DNA of 52,855 nucleotides from a virus (Duplodnaviria > Caudoviricetes): the IMG/VR virus record IMGVR_UViG_3300036820_000025, positions 1 through 52,855 of that record; one strand, written 5' to 3'. Position numbers and translations under genes: made by a program. Numbering within the stretch: the stretch's first letter is position 1; each line of letters begins with the position of its first letter. The notes under the pieces are model-generated. The model made no database searches and was not told the origin of the DNA. It saw only the letters and a program-made list of their open reading frames with translations. Positions 46,302 through 52,855 of the stretch are shown piece after piece.

Positions 46302-46690
46302 ACAAGACGCAAGCTATAGCCGCCATGCTCAAACTCGTGGGCAAGCGGGTTAATTATCGCTATGACGAGAGCGCCCCCAAGGCCGAGGAGCGCGAGGAGC
46401 TGCACGCCAAACTGCCGGCGCTGCAGGCTGCTCGGGACGCCACGCGGACAGCGATGGACCAACGCATTAAGGACCTGCTCGCAGGCGATGCCGAATACCA
46501 GCGCCTGCGCGCCGAAGCAGCAGCCGCGCGCAAGGCCGCTGCCGACGCTTCAAGCCGAGCACGCCACTACCGCGTGACCATCGGCGATAGTAGCGACGGA
46601 TTCTGCAACCTCATTCTAGCCGAGGGCGACAACTGGCAAGACGCCATCGACAAGCTGAAAATCGCAGTCACACGGACACGCGCACGATGA
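46298..46690 (+). CDS. Coiled-coil hypothetical protein
   Basis: ATGA coupling at both ends. Confidence 0.7.
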   Translation: MNKTQAIAAMLKLVGKRVNYRYDESAPKAEEREELHAKLPALQAARDATRTAMDQRIKDLLAGDAEYQRLRAEAAAARKAAADASSRARHYRVTIGDSSDGFCNLILAEGDNWQDAIDKLKIAVTRTRAR

Positions 46691-46974
46691 GCCTACTATC
46701 ACGCATCGCCGGGCTGTTCCGCCGATTCCCCGAGCTGGACATCAAGACGGCCGCGGGGCGGGACCTCGACCGCCTCGCAGGGCTCAAGGAGCGCCCCGCG
46801 GGCATGACCGACGCAACCCTGCGCAGCCTCGCCATAGCCGACGAGCCGGCCCCGTGCGTCATTTGCGGGCAGATGGCAAACCCGCCGTTTTGGGTCGAAC
46901 GCCCGTTGCCGTTTCACGGAATCGAACGCGGCGGCCCTTACTGCTTCCCGCACTGGCCGGGGCGGGCGTACTGA
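46687..46974 (+). CDS. Hypothetical protein (CxxC...CxxH)
   Basis: Operon tiling. Confidence 0.6.
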   Translation: MSLLSRIAGLFRRFPELDIKTAAGRDLDRLAGLKERPAGMTDATLRSLAIADEPAPCVICGQMANPPFWVERPLPFHGIERGGPYCFPHWPGRAY

Positions 46975-47159
46975 TGAGCCGCCGTATCAAACGCCGCAAG
47001 TCGCAGCAGTTCCGCGAGAGGCGGCGCCGATTCAACGCCGCGCGCGAGGAACTGCGCAGCATGATGCAAGCCGAGATATTGAAGCTACTACGCGACGAGG
47101 CGAAGGCCGCGATTCTGCGGTATCAGGACAAGGGCGCGCAGGCCCGGGCGGCGGCGTAA
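46974..47159 (+). CDS. Small basic hypothetical protein
   Basis: TGATG and TAATG coupling. Confidence 0.55.
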   Translation: MSRRIKRRKSQQFRERRRRFNAAREELRSMMQAEILKLLRDEAKAAILRYQDKGAQARAAA

Positions 47160-47515
47160 TGCCGCGCCCCACGGCCGCCGAGCTGACGGTGCAGTGCCGC
47201 GAGAGCGCGCTGCGCGAGGGCGCGCTGCGCGAAGCCCTTAACCTGATGGTCAACGACAAACCCGCGGCCGTCGAGCGCGTCCGTATCGCAGTAGGCGAGC
47301 GGTACGAGCTGCGGCTGTACGGCCCGCAGCGCGCCCACGGGGGCGTGGTCGTAACCGTGCATTATGTGAAGGGCCAGCGGGCCTACGTGGACGCCGACTA
47401 CCTCGACGCGCTCGCGCGGCGCTGGCGCGGGCATCATCCGGTAGGCGGCGCGTTCGAGCGGCTGGCCGTCACACGTGACAGAATCGTGAACGGGGTCACA
47501 ACGCCAAAAACGTGA
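47159..47515 (+). CDS. Hypothetical protein
   Basis: TAATG coupling; ends at the next promoter. Confidence 0.6.
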   Translation: MPRPTAAELTVQCRESALREGALREALNLMVNDKPAAVERVRIAVGERYELRLYGPQRAHGGVVVTVHYVKGQRAYVDADYLDALARRWRGHHPVGGAFERLAVTRDRIVNGVTTPKT

Positions 47516-47553
47516 CGCGGGTCCTAGAAAACTGACGCGCGCGTCAGTATACT
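47485..47553 (+). promoter_or_regulatory. CRP/Clp-like class II promoter with operator and second upstream CRP-like site
   Basis: CGTGA-acgggg-TCACA (47485-47500); CGTGA-cgcggg-TCCTA (47511-47526); perfect palindrome ACTGACGCGCGCGTCAGT (47531-47548); -10 TATACT (47548-47553). Confidence 0.8.
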
Positions 47554-47591
47554 GGCCTCACTGAATAACGGAACGGATGAGGTCTCGCACC

Positions 47592-48059
47592 ATGAACAAG
47601 TTTGAAGCCGGCAAGTCATATTGGACCCGCGGCATCTGCGACCATGACTGCATCTACACATGCGCCCATGACTGCATCTACACAATCGCCGTCGTCTCGC
47701 GCACTGCCAAGACGGTCAAGATTCAGGACAACCGCGGCGAGCGCACGCTGCGCGTGTTCATCGACTACAACGGCCACGAGGCTGTCAAGCCGCACGGCTC
47801 CTACTCAATGGCCGCCATCATCAGCGCGGACGACGAGGGCAGCGGCCCCGCCCCGCGCCCGGAGCCGGCCTCGGTGCTCAAGCGCCCCACGATGACGCCG
47901 GCCGAGATGGTCGAAGCCTGCGCGCTGTCGATGGGCGACGCTAACGTGCAGCTTAAGGTCAACACGGCTAGCGGCTCGGTATGCCTGCCGAACGGCTCGC
48001 AGTGGCTCTACGACAGCCGTTTCGGCCATTGGGCTTGCACCCGGGGGCCGCGGTCATGA
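47592..48059 (+). CDS. Hypothetical protein with in-frame 8-aa tandem duplication
   Basis: GAGG SD; F..GK.Y..R..CDHDC....V.RTAKTV. Confidence 0.7.
   Translation: MNKFEAGKSYWTRGICDHDCIYTCAHDCIYTIAVVSRTAKTVKIQDNRGERTLRVFIDYNGHEAVKPHGSYSMAAIISADDEGSGPAPRPEPASVLKRPTMTPAEMVEACALSMGDANVQLKVNTASGSVCLPNGSQWLYDSRFGHWACTRGPRS
47637..47684 (+). repeat. 24-bp tandem duplication
   Basis: TGCGACCATGACTGCATCTACACA / TGCGCCCATGACTGCATCTACACA (1 mismatch). Confidence 0.95.
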
Positions 48060-48256
48060 GCGTGCAGGAATGGAAAGCCGAAATAGCCAACCGCGAGATA
48101 CGCGACCGACTCGCAGCGTACGAGGCGCGAGGTTATGACGTGTCTTGCACATCGACCGCGCGCCGCGTAGTAATGTGCCGCGTCGCCGAGCAACTATCGA
48201 ATTTAGGGATTCTATGCCTAGTCAAGAGCACAACACAATTGATCGTGTTTCCGTGA
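48056..48256 (+). CDS. Hypothetical protein
   Basis: ATGA coupling (MSVQEWKAEI...). Confidence 0.55.
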   Translation: MSVQEWKAEIANREIRDRLAAYEARGYDVSCTSTARRVVMCRVAEQLSNLGILCLVKSTTQLIVFP

Positions 48257-48408
48257 GCTGGCGCTGCCACGCGCATCCCGCCCACATGGACGGAGAAACC
48301 TGCGGCCACGTGAACGAGAACGGCGGCACCGTACACAACGACCTCGTATGTTGCGAGCGCTGCGGCTGCACGTGGACAGCGAGCGAGCACCGGAGGCGGG
48401 CAGAATGA
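48253..48408 (+). CDS. Small Zn-finger-like protein
   Basis: GTGA coupling; WRC...CGH.N...CERCG. Confidence 0.55.
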   Translation: MSWRCHAHPAHMDGETCGHVNENGGTVHNDLVCCERCGCTWTASEHRRRAE

Positions 48409-48617
48409 CGGCGCCTGTTCGCCGTTCACGGCAGCACCGCGCAGCGTTCGATGCCTCCGGGCTCACGGAGCGCGCCCGGTCATTCATCCGCGCGCAGGTC
48501 GCGCTCAATGACGGCGATGTCGAGCGCGTGGTGCGCTACTTCAGCCGAACCCTACGCTTTGCGCGCGCCGACGTGTGCCGCGCGATGGTAGTTGCAGCAA
48601 CGGAGCCGCAGCGATGA
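48405..48617 (+). CDS. Hypothetical protein
   Basis: GGAGG SD and ATGA coupling. Confidence 0.6.
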   Translation: MTAPVRRSRQHRAAFDASGLTERARSFIRAQVALNDGDVERVVRYFSRTLRFARADVCRAMVVAATEPQR

Positions 48618-48805
48618 GCCTAGAGGACTACTGCGCACACAACGAGCGACGCGCGGCGCCGGGCAAACCCTTCGAGTGCGTTGATTTCTACATCGACCCT
48701 GCCGAGGGCATAGTGCTTGTCGAGCATACGTTCGAGACTGCGGCCGAGCGCGATGCGTACGTGTTCCGCCATTTCGGCATCCGCGTAGGGCTCGCGCATG
48801 GGTAA
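48614..48805 (+). CDS. Small acidic hypothetical protein
   Basis: GGAG SD and ATGA coupling. Confidence 0.6.
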   Translation: MSLEDYCAHNERRAAPGKPFECVDFYIDPAEGIVLVEHTFETAAERDAYVFRHFGIRVGLAHG

Positions 48806-48977
48806 AGCCACTCGCCTTGCAGAACGTCGCGCGCGCCTTGAACGCTATCGGGCTGCGCGCTCGGCGTCGATGGACAACGCGCGATGCTACGAGCCGGGCA
48901 ACGAGTGGCGCGCGCAGTGGGTGCGTGTCGCTCGCGAGATGCACGCGCGCTTGATGGCGCGGCTACGCGCTACCTAA
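48798..48977 (+). CDS. Small Arg-rich protein, 59 aa (not in ORF track)
   Basis: MGKATRLAERRARLERYRAARSASMDNARCYEPGNEWRAQWVRVAREMHARLMARLRAT; 8-nt overlap with the upstream gene. Confidence 0.5.
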   Translation: MGKATRLAERRARLERYRAARSASMDNARCYEPGNEWRAQWVRVAREMHARLMARLRAT

Positions 48978-48984
48978 CGACTGC

Positions 48985-49242
48985 TCACTGCACGGTAATC
49001 GTAACGCTGTTCGACTGCGCGCTCGCGACGCCCTCGGCGTTGTACGCCTGCATGGGCGGCGCTGGCGTGGGGAATATCTGCGGCCCGGGCGTTGGGTGCG
49101 CTGTCCACGGTGCAGGAGCTGCCGCAGTCGGAGGCGGGGCGCTCGAAGTCGGCGCGCTAGGGCTCTGCGTCGTCGTGGTGTGATCCCCGCACGCTACGAG
49201 CGCGAGGCATGCGAGGGCAACGGCAAGTGTGCGGCGTGTCAT
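48985..49242 (-). CDS. Small Pro/Thr-rich lipoprotein
   Basis: MTRR + hydrophobic core + LVAC lipobox. Confidence 0.7.
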   Translation of the reverse strand: MTRRTLAVALACLALVACGDHTTTTQSPSAPTSSAPPPTAAAPAPWTAHPTPGPQIFPTPAPPMQAYNAEGVASAQSNSVTITVQ

Positions 49243-49279
49243 AACGTGACAGCGTGCGCACGCAGCGAACGTTGCGCAA

Positions 49280-49322
49280 CGTGACGCAAATCACAGACGC
49301 GCCGCGCGGCCGGCAGTACAGT
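49280..49322 (+). promoter_or_regulatory. CRP/Clp-like class II promoter with degenerate operator
   Basis: CGTGA-cgcaaa-TCACA (49280-49295), 21 nt, TACAGT (49317-49322); the operator position reads CCGCG-cggc-CGGCA. Confidence 0.72.
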
Positions 49323-49328
49323 ACGCAC

Positions 49329-49520
49329 ATGGACGCAGCACGCAGCAACCGCAAATATCCCTCCTACACGCTGGCCGACCTTGAGCGTTTTGTCGCCGAG
49401 GGGCAGGGCACGCCTTCGATGGTGCAGGAGATTGCCGACCGCAAGGCCGGGCGCAGTGTCACGCTGGTAACGCCGCAGCTCCTCGGCGGGCGCCCCGTCG
49501 TCAAGGTCGGCCGCCTGTGA
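49329..49520 (+). CDS. Small hypothetical protein (probably leaderless)
   Basis: ATG 6 nt after the -10; GTGA coupling to the next gene. Confidence 0.65.
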   Translation: MDAARSNRKYPSYTLADLERFVAEGQGTPSMVQEIADRKAGRSVTLVTPQLLGGRPVVKVGRL

Positions 49521-49813
49521 AACGCATCGCCGAGTACGTGCATGTGCCGGCGCCCGGCTCGCCGCTGCTCGACACGCGACTCGGCGCGTACTACGTGAGC
49601 GTGCAGGACGGCAAGCGCACGGCGCTACTCGCTGGCCCGTGGCCGACGCATCGCGAGGCGCTTGACATGGTGGATACGGTGCGCGCGCTGGCGCAGTCGC
49701 TCGACCCGCGCGGCGCGTTCTACGCTTTCGGCACTGCGCGGCTGCCGGACGACGACAGCGTGCCGCTACGCTATGGCTCGCTCAACGCGCAGCTTGGCTT
49801 GCCGTACCGCTGA
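49517..49813 (+). CDS. Hypothetical protein
   Basis: YYVSV.DG.R..LLAGP..TH.EAL...DP...FY.FGTA pattern; coupled start. Confidence 0.7.
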   Translation: MKRIAEYVHVPAPGSPLLDTRLGAYYVSVQDGKRTALLAGPWPTHREALDMVDTVRALAQSLDPRGAFYAFGTARLPDDDSVPLRYGSLNAQLGLPYR

Positions 49814-49920
49814 CCATCGCTGCGAGCGCCGGGCGCCCTTGGCTGTCGGGCAGTATCCACCGAACAGTGGCACGAGCCCTAGGCCGCGCACAGCAACGCA
49901 GAGCTTTGCGCAGCGGGCTA

Positions 49921-50850
49921 TCACTGCGACATTTCGAGATAGATGCGCGCCGCGGCTTCGGGCGTCATCTCGCGCGTGATCTTCGCGAGGCGCTTGGATG
50001 CAGCGACGCCAGCCATAGCGCCCGCTACCGCGCCACGGGCGACGCTGGCGGCATCGTCACCAAACGCCCCAGCCGCGCGATACAGGCGCTCTGCGGCCTT
50101 GTCCGGGTCGCGGGTGCGGTATTTGATGCCGTTGTTTGTTTGCTCGACGCCCATATACAGCGCTCGCACGTTCGGCGATAGGTGGCGCGTGTCAGCAAAC
50201 ACTGCGCGCTGTTCCCCGAGGCCGCCGCACACTGCGCACCCCGGGTGCGGCTCGCGGTTGCGGTCGAAGCCATATCCGCCCTCATCGCTCGGCAACGGTG
50301 CTTGGCGGGTGTGCTTCTCAACAGCGATGGCGTTGTCGTCCATGACCTTGGCGAGCGCGGCGATGTACTCGGCTGCGTCGCGATACTGGTACGCATGGTT
50401 GGTGCCGTGGCAATAGCGACAGCACGACCACACGTAACCGCTAAGCTCCTCGACGTGCTCGGCTGCGCGCACGATAGCGCGGTCTCGTTCCAACAGCTCG
50501 GCAACGTCGATGACCGCAAGGCGCGCGGCTTCGGATTCGAGTTCGGCAACACGCTTGCGCACCCACGGGCGGTTACTGACTTGGCAACCTTTCGTCCACG
50601 ACACGTTGAGCTGCGCATCGCGCTTGCCGTAGACCTCTCGCCATGCCTTCGCCTTGTTGCGGCATGCAACGTAGCGCTGCGCGAACAGCTCCTCGCGCGG
50701 CGTGCATTCGCGCCAGCCGGCGAGCTGCGTTCCCGCGGGAACCGACGGCGCAGCTTGCAACGCCAACGCGCCAGCGCTGCCCGAGGTTGCGGCAGGTTCG
50801 GCGGGCGGCGTCTCGGGGGCGGGCGCGGCGGTTTCCGTAAGCAATTCCAT
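49921..50850 (-). CDS. terS: Terminase small subunit with Zn-finger insertion
   Basis: TPREE.F...Y....N...A.R..Y HTH; CCRYCHG...YQY...GGYGF....P.P.CxxCxGxG...DT. Confidence 0.82.
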   Translation of the reverse strand: MELLTETAAPAPETPPAEPAATSGSAGALALQAAPSVPAGTQLAGWRECTPREELFAQRYVACRNKAKAWREVYGKRDAQLNVSWTKGCQVSNRPWVRKRVAELESEAARLAVIDVAELLERDRAIVRAAEHVEELSGYVWSCCRYCHGTNHAYQYRDAAEYIAALAKVMDDNAIAVEKHTRQAPLPSDEGGYGFDRNREPHPGCAVCGGLGEQRAVFADTRHLSPNVRALYMGVEQTNNGIKYRTRDPDKAAERLYRAAGAFGDDAASVARGAVAGAMAGVAASKRLAKITREMTPEAAARIYLEMSQ

Positions 50851-50896
50851 GCCCTACCTTGCCATAACTCAAGCCCGCAGCGCTACACCGTCGCAC

Positions 50897-51070
50897 GTTA
50901 CCGGGCGCATCTCCCACGGTTGCCCACGCTACCGAACCTGAGAGCGCTACCGCCGCGCCTTGGATTTGTTACCTGTTACCGCTGATACCCCCCGCCCCTC
51001 ATTCTTACCTTTAATTATTTCTTCTAGACCCCTTAATAGGGAAACAGCGGTAACAGCGGTAACAGGTAAC
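50897..51070. repeat. Inverted iteron-like repeats flanking an AT-rich tract (putative origin)
   Basis: GTTACCTGTTACCGCTG (50968-50984) is the exact reverse complement of 51054-51070; extra CAGCGGTAA at 51045; AT-rich 51001-51044. Confidence 0.75.
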
Positions 51071-51226
51071 GGTTGTTGAGAATCGTTCTCGTTATCTAGC
51101 GTTGTAGGCAAATTCCTGCGCACGTTGCACCTTGCAGCCTACAGCTTGCGCATGTTGCAACGTGCAGAATGGCCCTCAGCGTCGTGCAACGCGCAGGACG
51201 CGCACACTCACTAGGAGTCACGCTAT

Positions 51227-51907
51227 ATGGACGTTGTAACGAAAATCACTGCTGCCAAGTACCGCGCAACCGAAGCCGACATCGAGGCGCTGACCGCCGC
51301 GAGCGTTGAGTCATCGCGCATCGGCCCTACTTACATGCGTGCGCTGATGGCCGAGACGCTGCACGCCACGGGAGCCAAACGCCGCCCCGCGCAACTGAAG
51401 ATATTCGAGGCCACGCACGAGAGATTTTATGCCGCCGTTCTACGTGGTATTGATTCGGCGATTAAAGGCGCCCCGCCACCGGAGGCCGAGGCCGCCGTGC
51501 GACGCGCCCACGCCCTTGAGCGCAACCGGCAGGGCACGTTTGCCCGTTCGGCCGCCTCGACCGTGCGCTCGTACCTGCGTGCGGGCGGCGATCTGCGCGA
51601 CGTGGACATCGCTGCAGTGACCAAAGCCGAGCTGCGCGCGAAGTTCGCACCCAAGGGCACCCGCTCGGAGCGGATAGCCGCTCAGTGGCAACGAGCGCAC
51701 GATACGCTGCTGCGCATCGCGAAGGCCGAGGAAAACCCCACGCAGGCTCGCGAGCGGGTCGAGGGGCTGTTAGAGGAGCTGCAGGGCGTGCTCGATGCGC
51801 TCGACGAGAAGCCGGCCGCTGAGCCCGCGCACGAGCGTCCGGTACAGCGCGCGCGAGCAGCCCGAGGGCGCCGCCGGTCACAGCCTGCAGCGCAGCCGGT
51901 ACATTAA
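51227..51907 (+). CDS. Hypothetical helical protein
   Basis: AGGAG SD; long ORF with GC-rich third codon positions. Confidence 0.75.
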   Translation: MDVVTKITAAKYRATEADIEALTAASVESSRIGPTYMRALMAETLHATGAKRRPAQLKIFEATHERFYAAVLRGIDSAIKGAPPPEAEAAVRRAHALERNRQGTFARSAASTVRSYLRAGGDLRDVDIAAVTKAELRAKFAPKGTRSERIAAQWQRAHDTLLRIAKAEENPTQARERVEGLLEELQGVLDALDEKPAAEPAHERPVQRARAARGRRRSQPAAQPVH

Positions 51908-51912
51908 GGTAA

Positions 51913-52105
51913 CTCGGGCGCACAACGGGGCTGGGCTGTAATAGGCTCAGTCCCGTTGGCGCTGTTTGAGACCCGGCGCCGGCAATTGGGCCGCGTTGCC
52001 TGCCGGTGCGATTGGTGCCGGTAGGGCGAACCCTCCCTTTCGTACCAACGCGGCCCCCTTTACGCCCCGGCGTCTGAGCAGAACTCAGCACGGGGCGTTT
52101 TCTTT
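51913..52105 (+). ncRNA. Structured intergenic RNA ending in a terminator
   Basis: Stems 51923-51936/51945-51958, 51988-51998/52046-52056 (multibranch) and 52062-52069/52091-52098, then TTTCTTT. Confidence 0.5.
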
Positions 52106-52112
52106 GGTGGAA

Positions 52113-52155
52113 TGTGATGCAGGTCATGGAATCCTGACGCGGCCGTCAGTATAGT
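52113..52155 (+). promoter_or_regulatory. CRP/Clp-like class II promoter with operator
   Basis: TGTGA-tgcagg-TCATG, 21 nt containing TGACG-cggc-CGTCA (52135-52148), -10 TATAGT (52150-52155). Confidence 0.8.
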
Positions 52156-52162
52156 GCAGCAC

Positions 52163-52708
52163 ATGGATACAGCAAACCTCATCGAACAGGCCGTCGCGCC
52201 TCTCAAGGCCGATGCAATGAACCGGGCCGAGGAGCAGGCAACGCAGCTCATCGAGCGCGTGCGCGCAGAGCTTGAGGCCGCCGGCAACGATGCCCAGCTC
52301 GCCGCGCCGTTCCCGAAGTCGTTCAACATGGACCGCGCGAGCTACATGCAGGCCAAGGCGAAATATGAGCTGTTCCGGCGCCTCACATTGTCGGCTGATG
52401 GTGCCGCCAGCCGTCGCCACGGTGCCCCCGAGCCGCGCGTGATGTCGCCCCCGGCCGCCGCCGCGCTCATCGCTGAGTTTCGCGAATCGGCCGCCGCGAG
52501 TTATGAGGCGTATGTCGCCAAGCTCGTGGCGAAGATTGGCCCCGTGCAGGCTGCCACGCTCGCAGGCGCCGCGCTGTGGGGCTACAGCGAGTTGACAGTC
52601 ACGACTGAGGCCGGCGAGCTGCAGAAATGGCGCACACAGATGATTCTAAACGTCAGCGTGCTCGGTAAGCTGTTCAACCAATGGCCCACGCGCCGGGTGA
52701 AGGGATGA
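52163..52708 (+). CDS. Conserved phage hypothetical protein (probably leaderless)
   Basis: ATG 7 nt after the -10; W..S.L.V....GE...W.TQ.I.NVS.LGKLFNQWPTR C-terminus. Confidence 0.75.
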   Translation: MDTANLIEQAVAPLKADAMNRAEEQATQLIERVRAELEAAGNDAQLAAPFPKSFNMDRASYMQAKAKYELFRRLTLSADGAASRRHGAPEPRVMSPPAAAALIAEFRESAAASYEAYVAKLVAKIGPVQAATLAGAALWGYSELTVTTEAGELQKWRTQMILNVSVLGKLFNQWPTRRVKG

Positions 52709-52855
52709 GTGGGGGCAGGACATGCAAAGACCCCACGCATAGGCCGGCGTGGGTCGTGCTCGTGCGCGGCGGGAATCATTCAGCGTTCAACGGGTATCGT
52801 TGGCAGCCGAGCGCGTACAGCTCAGTGCATTGCCCATGCTGCCCGGCGAACTGGC
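52662..52855. repeat. Terminal direct repeat / circular overlap, right copy
   Basis: Matches 1-194 with 4 mismatches. Confidence 0.95.

Noticed and set aside
46740-46830. Baseplate-like motif (A.GRDLD.LA...R...TDA.LR) in a small early ORF
   Set aside because: Too short to assign; may be a captured fragment or chance.
47637-47684. Mini-CRISPR array
   Set aside because: The two copies are directly adjacent with no spacer and lie in frame inside a gene.
1-52855. Prophage or integration module
   Set aside because: No integrase, CI-type repressor, att-like repeat or host genes were seen, and the ends circularise.

Overview
This window is almost certainly a complete, circularly permuted ~52.7-kb tailed dsDNA phage genome. 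It is GC-rich, and positions 1-194 repeat at 52662-52855 with 4 mismatches. The minus strand carries a contractile-tail (Bcep781/Jedunavirus-like) morphogenesis block: TerS, TerL, MuF, DUF1073 portal, DUF2213 protease, scaffold, DUF2184 capsid, DUF4054, DUF3383 sheath, tube, chaperone with probable -1 frameshift, SLT-bearing tape measure, baseplate, fibres and lysis genes. The replication block has an NrS-1-type primase fused to a VapE/VirE helicase, a TetR-like HTH, VRR-NUC, DUF1643, an SF2 helicase, DUF2800, an SSB, a family-A DNA polymerase and UvrD. Plus-strand cassettes of small unknown ORFs fill the rest. I saw no integrase, tRNA, CRISPR array or reverse transcriptase. The most notable points are: (1) the family-A polymerase keeps its catalytic Asps but has coordinated changes at steric-gate and minor-groove-reading positions; (2) a six-gene GNAT / phosphoesterase / HD / PQ-loop / dATP-dGTP-diphosphohydrolase cassette without PurZ, which with (1) suggests a possible novel nucleotide-substitution system; (3) a genome-wide circuit with eight TGACG-N4-CGTCA operators, four of them inside five promoters with exact class II CRP/Clp geometry, plus many apparently leaderless genes; (4) two ~200-nt highly structured intergenic RNAs; (5) fibre-like proteins with signal peptides and Cys pairs; (6) an iteron-flanked AT-rich putative origin. 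Family assignments come from motifs recognised by eye, not from database searches.
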